A stretch of DNA of 64,000 nucleotides from Rhodospirillaceae bacterium. GTDB taxonomy: Bacteria > Pseudomonadota > Alphaproteobacteria > Rhodospirillales > Rhodospirillaceae. The position numbers were made by a program, and so were the translations under genes. Position 1 is the first letter of the stretch; each line of letters begins with the position of its first letter. The stretch spans positions 43,441 through 107,440 of the forward strand of contig JAYQVH010000005.1 in NCBI GenBank assembly GCA_038148375.1, written 5' to 3'. The notes below the pieces were generated by a model. The model saw only the letters and a list, made by a program, of their open reading frames with translations. It ran no database searches and was not told where the DNA came from. Below, piece by piece: positions 14,776 to 22,682 of the stretch.

Positions 14776-15468
14776 TTAGTCGCGGACGTTTAACTCAACC
14801 AAGTCGTAAATCTTGTTCCCTTCCGGGAACGTCATGCGGATCGGCAGGAAATCTTCGCCCGCCGTCGTCCACATGCACAGGGTCTTGCCGTCGCGCACCG
14901 GCCAATCCCAACGCTGGCAGGTATACGTACCCGACCTGACCTCAATGGTTTCCTCTCCCTTGTAAACATAGGGATAGCTGCGCATCGCCATGATCGGGCC
15001 GGACTCGCCCGAGGCCAGCGGCGAGGTGTTGACCGCGTTGTCCAGGATCACGGTTTCGCCCACCTTGGCCTTGGGCAATCGGGCAAGTTTCCAGATATCG
15101 GAGCAGATCGGGTGGCTGCCGAAGGCGTTGAGCGGGCGGTCGAGGCTGATGCGCTGGTGGAAGCGTCCTTCGGACACCGTAAAGCCTTCGCCTTCCGCAT
15201 AGGTGTCGGTGAAGCGGAACCACCCGCTGCCGAGCGCGCGGTCTTCCTCGGCGATGCGTACGTAGGCTTCGACCGGATGCCAGTCCGCATCCACGGTGTA
15301 GGTGACGTCGCGGGTCAAACCGATGTCGTCGAATTCGCACAGCACCCTGAGAGTGCGCAGGCCGTTGGCCTGCACACTCATCGAGAAGACTTCGCGGCCG
15401 AATTCGGTCTCAGGTTTGCCCGGCGGGTTCAGGCAATACGAGATTTTGCCGGAGATGAGACGCGGCAC
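14776..15468 (-). CDS. hypothetical protein, 16 nt downstream of and co-oriented with the Tat-FAD oxidoreductase
   Basis: 230 aa ORF with coding-like composition and no motif I recognise. The start codon is uncertain (alternative internal Met at MSVQANG). Confidence 0.5.
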   Translation of the reverse strand: MPRLISGKISYCLNPPGKPETEFGREVFSMSVQANGLRTLRVLCEFDDIGLTRDVTYTVDADWHPVEAYVRIAEEDRALGSGWFRFTDTYAEGEGFTVSEGRFHQRISLDRPLNAFGSHPICSDIWKLARLPKAKVGETVILDNAVNTSPLASGESGPIMAMRSYPYVYKGEETIEVRSGTYTCQRWDWPVRDGKTLCMWTTAGEDFLPIRMTFPEGNKIYDLVELNVRD

Positions 15469-15484
15469 GGACGGCTGTGTCCGC

Positions 15485-17062
15485 CTATATGTCGAACTTC
15501 ATGATGCGCTCACCGAGCAGCTTGCCGAAGGCAATCGCCGGGGTGACCAGCATCCCACCGCAGATCGCCCGGCCGGACGTCGCGCCGGTGCCGAGCAATT
15601 CACCCGCGGCGTAGAGATTGCCGATCGCCTTGCCGTCCTGATTGATGACTTCCAGATCCTTGTTCACGGCCAAGCCGGCTGTGGTGGTCAGGAACCAGCT
15701 GCGCATGTGGATGCCGTAGAACGGGCCTTTCTCGATCGGCAGCGGCATATGGGTGCGGCCGAAGTCTTCATCCACTCCCGTTTCTACCGACGTATTGTAC
15801 TTAGCGACCGTCGCCGCCAGACCTGCTGCACTGATGCCCATCTTGGTGGCGAGTTCTTCGATGGTGTCGGCCTTGTAGAAATTGGTCCAGCCCTCTTCGA
15901 ACGCCACCGGCAGGTCTTCGGCCAGCATTGTGCCGAAACTCGTCGAAACGTATTTCGGGGCGTTGTCGGCGATTTCCTGATCCCACACCGCCCAGCATTC
16001 TTCGCCAGGCTGCTCGACCAGGGCTTCTTCGTAAACCGCGTGACTCAGCACGTCTTCCTGCAGGAAGCGCTTGCCGTCGGCATCGACGATGATCTCCCAC
16101 GGCGGGCGGTCGCCGGGGAAGTGGCGCGCCACAGCGGCCATCGGCGAGGGGAAGTTGTCGTCCGCGAGGATCGCGCCCCACAGCGGCAGGTGGTTCTCAC
16201 CGTACCGCACGTAGCCGCCGACCGACTGACCCAGCTTGATGCCCGCACCCTGGCTGTAGGGATACGACACGTCGGAATAATCCTTCACGCCTTCCAGTTC
16301 TTCGAACATCTGCGCGTTGGAGGCATAGCCGCCGCTGGTCAGCAAGACATTCTTGCCCATGAATTTCTCAGCCTTGCCGTCGGCATTCACAGTGCCGACA
16401 CCGATGACGTTGCCCTTGTCATTGGTCAGCAGTTCTTTCGCCTCGGTGTTGGTCTTGACGGTGACCGTGCCGGACTCAATGTGCGGTGCCAGTTTCTGTT
16501 CGAAGATTTCGAGTACGCCAAGACCGAATTTCGGGCTCCAGGCATAGCGCGCATGACTATATGGCTCGTGCGTCGTGCCGGTGACCGGATGATGCGGATA
16601 CACTTCCAGGCCGCTATCCATAAGCCAGTCGAAAGCAGCTGCCGCGTTTTGCGTGGCCAGACGCAGAATGTCCGGATCGGCAGTGTTGTTGCTTATGCGC
16701 ATGACATCGTCGTAGTGAGACTGCCAGCTGTCTTCCGTAATGCCCTTGGACTTCTGCAGCTTGGAGCCGGCGGCGCTCATTTGCGCGGAGGATAGAAACA
16801 AGGTGCCGCCGATGCTCGAAGCGGCTTCGATGATCAGCACCTTTGCGCCGCGTTCGGCAGCGAAAATTGCCGCTGGCAAACCGGCCGTGCCGCCGCCGAC
16901 GATAACCGCATCGTATTGCGTCTCATGGCCGTCGGCGCGCGCGCCTTTGCTCATGGTTGCTGCGGTCATGGCGGCGACCGCGCCGGACAGGAATTCGCGC
17001 TTGGTCAGGCGTTGCGCCAAAGGCTTGAAATGGGTCAGCCACGAATCGGAAATCTTGGACAT
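15485..17062 (-). CDS. Tat-signal FAD-dependent oxidoreductase (FAD_binding_2; fumarate-reductase/KstD-like flavoprotein)
   Basis: Twin-arginine-like leader LTKREFLSGAVAAMTAATMSKGARA. Dinucleotide fold YDAVIVGGGTAGLPAAIFAAERGAKVLIIE. C-terminal NLYAAGELLG motif. Confidence 0.8.
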   Translation of the reverse strand: MSKISDSWLTHFKPLAQRLTKREFLSGAVAAMTAATMSKGARADGHETQYDAVIVGGGTAGLPAAIFAAERGAKVLIIEAASSIGGTLFLSSAQMSAAGSKLQKSKGITEDSWQSHYDDVMRISNNTADPDILRLATQNAAAAFDWLMDSGLEVYPHHPVTGTTHEPYSHARYAWSPKFGLGVLEIFEQKLAPHIESGTVTVKTNTEAKELLTNDKGNVIGVGTVNADGKAEKFMGKNVLLTSGGYASNAQMFEELEGVKDYSDVSYPYSQGAGIKLGQSVGGYVRYGENHLPLWGAILADDNFPSPMAAVARHFPGDRPPWEIIVDADGKRFLQEDVLSHAVYEEALVEQPGEECWAVWDQEIADNAPKYVSTSFGTMLAEDLPVAFEEGWTNFYKADTIEELATKMGISAAGLAATVAKYNTSVETGVDEDFGRTHMPLPIEKGPFYGIHMRSWFLTTTAGLAVNKDLEVINQDGKAIGNLYAAGELLGTGATSGRAICGGMLVTPAIAFGKLLGERIMKFDI

Positions 17063-17161
17063 TGGTCTCTCCCTGGTCGGATTTGATGGCAGATTAGCGC
17101 AGGGAGACGCGCCCCGATAGAGCGGTTGATACCCGGTCGCATCCGAGGGAAGGCTCGTGCG

Positions 17162-17533
17162 CTATGCCTTGGCGGACGCGATGGCCGCAAGCAACTGACC
17201 GGCGTCGATCGGTTTGGTCATGGTGCCGGCCACCTTGAGCCCGCCCGTTTCCGCCAAAATTCCGGCCTGGCGCACATAATCCTGACTCTTGCCCGAGACC
17301 AGTATCACGGCGCAACGGTGCGCTTAGTGTTTCAGCCAATCGATCAGCTCAAAACCGTCCCGCTCCGGCATGACGATGTCGATAACCGCCACCTGTGGCT
17401 CAAACTCAAAGAAGATGTCTTCAAATTCATCGGCGGAGGATGCGGTTCGGACCGTTAGTCCATGTTTTTCCACGATCCGCGAGACGAGGTCGGTAAAGCT
17501 TTCCTCGTCGTCCACGACCAAGACCTTATTCAC
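17162..17533 (-). pseudogene. single-domain CheY-like response regulator interrupted by an in-frame TAA (reverse complement of 17324-17326)
   Basis: The track ORF ends at MNKVLVVDDEE...VIDIVMPERDGFELIDWLKH*. My translation in the same frame continues AHRCAVILVSGKSQDYVRQAGILAETGGLKVAGTMTKPIDAGQLLAAIASAKA* (TAG at 17162-17164). That is the expected second half of a receiver domain. Confidence 0.75.
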
Positions 17534-17778
17534 GGCCGGGTTCCTTAACGTACTGCAATATCAACAAAAACTCTCGTTTCCTAATATAATTATCATAATA
17601 AAAATAGAGTTTTAAGCCTAGACCGCTCATCCGGCGTGCGCCCGGCTTACGACCGGCGCGCCGGTATCTCTTGCACGGCGATACGAACGGCGCGAGGCTT
17701 GCCAGCAGACACGTTGCCGTGACCAACCGCGCGGGCCGAAAAGGGGCTGGCCTGCGCCCCTATCACCGGAGGTCCGCC

Positions 17779-18993
17779 ATGTCCCGCTTGTTCAAAGACA
17801 CGACAACATCCCGCCGCGCGTTTCTGGCCGGCACGACCGCGGCTGCCGCAGTGGCGCTGCCGTCGCTCAAGGCTCTGGCCGAGGCGGCGGAGTGGGACGT
17901 CGAATGGCGTGGCACTAACGGCATCTTCGAGCGTCTGCCGTATCTCGACGTCGAGAGCGATCAGGATTTTTACCGCGGCTTTCGCCGCTGGATTAACAGC
18001 GACGTCATCAACGCGGCACGCAAGCGGGCTTTGGAAATCCTGGCCGAGAACGGCATCGCGCCGGACGAAGAGATTCCCATGGATCAGGTCATGGCGCTGA
18101 TGGAAAACGATCACATCATGGGGCTGTGCGTGCTCACCTGGCAAAATACACAGCTGGCTATGTGGCGCCAGATTCAGGACACCTATCACCGCGAAGCCGA
18201 CCTCTATCTGGATGAAATGGAGGCGGCGGAAAAGCTCGGTCCGGGCAGCATCGAACTGCATCCCGAAATGCGCATTCCGCCCTACGCCAGTTTCGAAATT
18301 CACCTCCAGCCCGGCGGGTATGTCGGCGACCCGTTCGCCGGCTACATCTACGTGCACGGCGAGAACGTCGTGTTCAGCAACGGCAACTACCAGGACAACG
18401 CCCAGCGCATGCTGGCCACGCGCGTCCCGGCACCGCCGGACGGCACCGTCAACCGCGTACTCGAACAGGGCTGCAGTTCCGGTCAGTTCACTGTGGCGCT
18501 CAAGCTCAAATGGCCGCAGGCGGAGGTGTGGGGCTCCGACGTCGGCACGCCGATGATCCGCTACGCCCACATGCGTTCGGTCGAGCTCGGCATCGAGACC
18601 CATTACATGCATGAGCTCAGTGAAAAGAGTAACTTCCCGGACAACCACTTCGACGTGGTCACCAACAATCTCTTGTTCCACGAAGTCCCGGCGGACATGG
18701 CCCGCGGCATCATCAATGAGGGCTTCCGCACCTTGCGTCCCGGCGGCATTTACTTCCCCATCGATCAGTTCACCGCCAATCCGCCGAGCAAGAGTGCTTT
18801 CGGCAAGTTCTGGGCGTGGCGGGATTTCCGCTGGAACGAGGAAGTGTGGCGCATGGAATACACCGATCTCGACATGGAAGGGGCGATGCGCGACGCCGGG
18901 TTCGAGGTCGTGAGAGGTCCGGTCGTGCGCATGGGCGGACTTTATTCAGAGCCCGGATCCCGCGGGAACCTTATGGGCATCAAGCCCGCTTAG
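17779..18993 (+). CDS. Tat-signal class I SAM-dependent methyltransferase, paralog A (404 aa)
   Basis: GGAGG lies 7 nt upstream of the ATG at 17779. Leader MSRLFKDTTTSRRAFLAGTTAAAAVALPSLKALA. Methyltransferase motifs VLEQGCSSGQ, EVWGSDVGTPM, FDVVTNNLLFHE and LRPGGIYF. Confidence 0.8.
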   Translation: MSRLFKDTTTSRRAFLAGTTAAAAVALPSLKALAEAAEWDVEWRGTNGIFERLPYLDVESDQDFYRGFRRWINSDVINAARKRALEILAENGIAPDEEIPMDQVMALMENDHIMGLCVLTWQNTQLAMWRQIQDTYHREADLYLDEMEAAEKLGPGSIELHPEMRIPPYASFEIHLQPGGYVGDPFAGYIYVHGENVVFSNGNYQDNAQRMLATRVPAPPDGTVNRVLEQGCSSGQFTVALKLKWPQAEVWGSDVGTPMIRYAHMRSVELGIETHYMHELSEKSNFPDNHFDVVTNNLLFHEVPADMARGIINEGFRTLRPGGIYFPIDQFTANPPSKSAFGKFWAWRDFRWNEEVWRMEYTDLDMEGAMRDAGFEVVRGPVVRMGGLYSEPGSRGNLMGIKPA

Positions 18994-19004
18994 GAGTCAG
19001 TTCA

Positions 19005-20189
19005 ATGCCCGATCGCAGAACCGCATTTCAGACCGCTGCCGCTGTCGCCGGTGGTGTCGCCGGACTGTTCGGCAGCCGCGCGTCACAGGCCAAGCTGCCG
19101 GCTTCGGCCGACGTCGAACCGCGCGGCACGGATCGCCGTCTTGAGCGGTTGCCTGAACTGGATGTGGAAAGCCGCGAGGATTTTCTCACCCGCTTTCGCA
19201 TCTGGGTGAACGGAGACGTCCGCCGCGCCGCATCGGAGCGCGGCGATAAGATCATGGCAGCCAAGGGGCTCGATCCGCGCGCGGACATCACCTACGAGGA
19301 AGCGGTTGAGTTGATCGGCGACGACCACATCGTCGGGCTGAGCGGCCGGGCCTGGATTAGTGCCCAGCAGCTGATGTGGAAGAACCTGCAAACCGCCTTC
19401 TACGACAACGCCGACGCTTACCTGGATGAGATGGAAGCGGCGGATAACGCCGGTCCGGGCAAGCTCGAACTCAATCCGGACATGTACATCCCGAAATACT
19501 GCAAGCATGAGATTCACATGCAGCCGGGCGGTTATGTCGGCGATCCCTTAGGCGGCTATGTCTATCACTACGGCACCAACAACTTCTGGGAAGGCCGCAA
19601 CAGCCAGGACGAGATGGACAAGCAACTGGCCGACGCCATTCCGACCCCGGCGGACGGCAAGGTCAAACGCATCCTGCACATGGGGTGCAGCGCCGGTCAG
19701 CTGACCCTGCGCATTCAGGAACGCTTCCCCGACGCCGAGGTCTGGGGCGTCGATGTTGGCGGCCCGATGGTCCGTTACGCCCACATGCGTGCCGTCGATC
19801 TCGGCATCGGTGCGAACTTCCGCCAGGCCCTGGCAGAGGACACCGGGTTCCCCGACGGCTATTTCGACATGGTGACATCCTTCCTGCTGTTCCATGAAGT
19901 CAGCTCGGAAGGGGCGGACGACATCATCAAGGAAGGTTACCGCGTGCTGCGGCCGGGCGGGGTGTTCTATTCCCGCGATCAGCGCGACTGGGATAAGCTG
20001 CCGCCGGCCACCGCCTTCCAGAAATACCAGAGCTTCTGGATCAACCGTTGGAACCACGAGGTCTGGCAGCGCGAGCACCGGTCGAACAACTATCCGAAGA
20101 TGCTCTCCGATGCCGGATTCAAGGTCGGCTCGCCGTTCGAGGGCGGCATGATCGCCCAGGCGTCGTTGATGGGGACCAAGCCGGTCTAA
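19005..20189 (+). CDS. Tat-signal class I SAM-dependent methyltransferase, paralog B (394 aa)
   Basis: AGGAG lies upstream of the ATG at 19005, 11 nt after the paralog A stop. Leader MPDRRTAFQTAAAVAGGVAGLFGSRASQA. Motifs ILHMGCSAGQ, EVWGVDVGGPM, FDMVTSFLLFHE and LRPGGVFY. Confidence 0.8.
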   Translation: MPDRRTAFQTAAAVAGGVAGLFGSRASQAKLPASADVEPRGTDRRLERLPELDVESREDFLTRFRIWVNGDVRRAASERGDKIMAAKGLDPRADITYEEAVELIGDDHIVGLSGRAWISAQQLMWKNLQTAFYDNADAYLDEMEAADNAGPGKLELNPDMYIPKYCKHEIHMQPGGYVGDPLGGYVYHYGTNNFWEGRNSQDEMDKQLADAIPTPADGKVKRILHMGCSAGQLTLRIQERFPDAEVWGVDVGGPMVRYAHMRAVDLGIGANFRQALAEDTGFPDGYFDMVTSFLLFHEVSSEGADDIIKEGYRVLRPGGVFYSRDQRDWDKLPPATAFQKYQSFWINRWNHEVWQREHRSNNYPKMLSDAGFKVGSPFEGGMIAQASLMGTKPV

Positions 20190-20296
20190 TTCCGGCTGCC
20201 CAAGCCATAACTGCGGCCTATAGCTGCTTCCGAGTTTTAAATTGGCGGTTATCCGCCAACGCGCCTATGTTTGGGCGAGTTTCAAGGAGGCCCAGT

Positions 20297-21484
20297 ATGC
20301 TCGACCGCAGAACCCTGTTTTCCACCGCCGCTGCCGGCGCGACCGCCGCATCCCAGCTTGTCGGAGGCCGCAAGGCCAAGGCCGCTAAATCCGGCTTCAA
20401 AGGCGATGTTGAAATGCGCGGCAGCAAGGGCCGCCACGAACGCCTGCCGACTCTGGATCTCGAAAGCCAGCAGGACTTTCTTACCGGTTTTCGCAACTGG
20501 ACCCAGCAGGGTTTCCGCACTCTTGCGCCGAAACGTATGGATCAGCGGCTGGAAGAGCGCGGCATCGACCCGAAGTCCGACCCGCCGATTGATATCGTTA
20601 AAGACATCGCCGACAACGACACCGTGCTCGGCTTGGCCGCGCACACCTGGCTGAACTGCCAGTATCTGACCTGGAAAACCATTCAGGATCATTTCCATGC
20701 CGACGCCGACCGCTATTTCGACGAACTCGAAGCAGCTGACAAGACCGGTCCGGGAACGCTGGAACTGAATCCGGATATGGATCTGCCGGATCACACCAAA
20801 CACGAAATTCACATCATGCCCGGCGGCTACGTCGGCGACCCGTTGGGCGGCTACGTCTTCCATCACGGCACCAACAACTTCTACACCAACCGCAACAACC
20901 AGGACGAACTGCATCAGGTCTATGCGGACTCCGTGCCGGTTCCCGAAGACGGTAAAGTCAGTCGCGTCCTCGAAGTCGGCTGCACCATCGGCCAGATGAC
21001 CATCGCCCTCAAGGAGCGGTTCAAGGACTCAGAAGTTTGGGGCATCGACGCCGGCGGCCCGATGCTGCGCTACGGCCACATGCTCGCCGTCGACCTCGGC
21101 GTGGATGTCAACTTCGCGCAGCGTCTGGCCGAAGACATGAAGTTCGAAGACAACAGCTTCGACATCGTGACGTCGTACATCCTGCACCACGAAATGCCGG
21201 CTGAGATTTCCAAGCAGCACATTCGCGAAGCCTTCCGGGTGCTGCGACCGGGCGGCGTGTTCTTCCCGATCGACTTCTACACCGGCGGCAACAAGCCGTC
21301 GCCGCTCGCCCACCGCAAGTACCGCCACTACTGGGATATGCGCTGGAACAACGAAGTGTGGTGGGACGAATACGAAAACCTCGACATGCTGGCGGCGATG
21401 AAGGATGCCGGGTTCGACGCTACGGACCAGGGGCCGCCGGCCTGGATCGGGCCGAACAACCTGATCGGCATCAAGCCCGCTTAA
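20297..21484 (+). CDS. Tat-signal class I SAM-dependent methyltransferase, paralog C (395 aa)
   Basis: AGGAGG lies upstream of the ATG at 20297. Leader MLDRRTLFSTAAAGATAASQLVGGRKAKA. Motifs VLEVGCTIGQ, EVWGIDAGGPM, FDIVTSYILHHE and LRPGGVFF. Confidence 0.8.
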   Translation: MLDRRTLFSTAAAGATAASQLVGGRKAKAAKSGFKGDVEMRGSKGRHERLPTLDLESQQDFLTGFRNWTQQGFRTLAPKRMDQRLEERGIDPKSDPPIDIVKDIADNDTVLGLAAHTWLNCQYLTWKTIQDHFHADADRYFDELEAADKTGPGTLELNPDMDLPDHTKHEIHIMPGGYVGDPLGGYVFHHGTNNFYTNRNNQDELHQVYADSVPVPEDGKVSRVLEVGCTIGQMTIALKERFKDSEVWGIDAGGPMLRYGHMLAVDLGVDVNFAQRLAEDMKFEDNSFDIVTSYILHHEMPAEISKQHIREAFRVLRPGGVFFPIDFYTGGNKPSPLAHRKYRHYWDMRWNNEVWWDEYENLDMLAAMKDAGFDATDQGPPAWIGPNNLIGIKPA

Positions 21485-22581
21485 TCGGTCTTTCTAGGCG
21501 TTCCGACGTAGATGCCGAGGCCGCGCGCGGTCTCGAGCATCTCATGATGCGGATCGACCACCCGCGGTCCGGTGATCGCCACGTCCATATCGACGGTGGT
21601 GACATGGCCGCCGGTCCAGGCAGACATTTTTCGTGTCTCGCCTTTCATCAAGGTGTCGACGGCGTTGACGCCCATCGCAGAGCCGAGCAGGCGGTCGAAC
21701 ACGGCCGGCGTGCCACCCCGTTGCAGATGACCGAGGACGGTACAGCGCGTCGACACGCCTGTTCCCTTCGCCAAGGCATCGGCCAGCACCGTGCCGACCC
21801 CGCCCAGCGCGCGGTTGGAGCCGAAATAAGGCATGCCGATCAGTGCGCCCTTGGGATCCGGGGTGCCTTCGGCGACGACGACCAGGATATGGGCGCGTTC
21901 TTTCGCGCGGATGCGTTTAATGTGCGCGATCAGGTCAGTGATGTCGTACCGCAGTTCCGGCATCAGGATGGCGTCGGCGCCGCCGGCGACACCGCCGTAC
22001 AAGGCAAGAAAGCCGGACTCCCGGCCCATGGTTTCCAGCACCATGATGCGGCGATGGCTGGTCGCCGTGGTGTGCAGCCGGTCGAGCGCGGAGCCGACGA
22101 TATCGACGGCGGTGATGAAGCCCACGGAGAAATCCGTGCCCGGAACGTCATTGTCGATGGTCTTGGGTACGCCCACCCAGGGGATGCCCGACGGCGTGAG
22201 GAGTTTGTCGAAGATGCGCATGCTGCCGTCGCCACCGATCACGACCATGGCGTCTACGCCGAGGTGGCGAATGGCCTTTATGATATCGCCGGAGCGATCG
22301 GACGTGCCGCCGCTTTCGTCGGGATAGGCCCAGGGATCGCCTTGGGTTGTGGCCCCCAGCATCGTGCCGCCGGCGCGCAGGAGTTCGCCCTCGAACAGGC
22401 CGAGCGTCAATCGCTGAAATCGCGGCGGATCGGCGAGCAAGCCGTGCTGGGCTTCGTTAATGCCAATGACCTCGCAGCCGAAATGTTCGATGGCGTGCTG
22501 GACGACACCGCGGATCACGGCATTGAGACCGGGGCAGTCGCCGCCGCTGGTGAGAATGCCAAGTGTTTTTATGGCGCCCAT
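21481..22581 (-). CDS. pfk: 6-phosphofructokinase (ATP- or PPi-dependent not resolved)
   Basis: 366 aa with LGILTSGGDCPGLNAVIRGVV, VVIGGDGS, PKTIDND and LGHLQRGG motifs. Confidence 0.9.
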   Translation of the reverse strand: MGAIKTLGILTSGGDCPGLNAVIRGVVQHAIEHFGCEVIGINEAQHGLLADPPRFQRLTLGLFEGELLRAGGTMLGATTQGDPWAYPDESGGTSDRSGDIIKAIRHLGVDAMVVIGGDGSMRIFDKLLTPSGIPWVGVPKTIDNDVPGTDFSVGFITAVDIVGSALDRLHTTATSHRRIMVLETMGRESGFLALYGGVAGGADAILMPELRYDITDLIAHIKRIRAKERAHILVVVAEGTPDPKGALIGMPYFGSNRALGGVGTVLADALAKGTGVSTRCTVLGHLQRGGTPAVFDRLLGSAMGVNAVDTLMKGETRKMSAWTGGHVTTVDMDVAITGPRVVDPHHEMLETARGLGIYVGTPRKTD

Positions 22582-22682
22582 TCACAACTCCTGCCGGGCG
22601 TGAGACCGATTGATTTTAATTAAAGCGCGGGACGCCGTGCAAGCCTATGATACCCCCCTCAGTTAACTACGTCACATGTGCC

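Noticed and set aside
15302-16795. 497-aa plus-strand ORF.
   Set aside because: It is antisense to the FAD oxidoreductase, which has clear dinucleotide-binding motifs. It has no motifs of its own and shows Arg-rich, GC-driven composition.
17671-17778. Upstream extensions of the methyltransferase ORFs in the track (starts at 17671, 18816 and 20048).
   Set aside because: - The extensions are Arg/Gly-rich and non-conserved between paralogs.
- They overlap the preceding gene (B, C).
- They lack ribosome-binding sites.
- The internal ATGs at 17779, 19005 and 20297 each have GGAGG-type sites, and they align the four paralogs at their RR motifs.
21358-22623. 421-aa plus-strand ORF.
   Set aside because: It is antisense to pfk. 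The same reasoning applies to 25741-26613 (antisense to the MBL gene), 61876-62901 (antisense to spoT), 5719-6381 and 4921-5712 (antisense to pyrG), and 17647-18681 and 19548-20078 (antisense to the methyltransferases).
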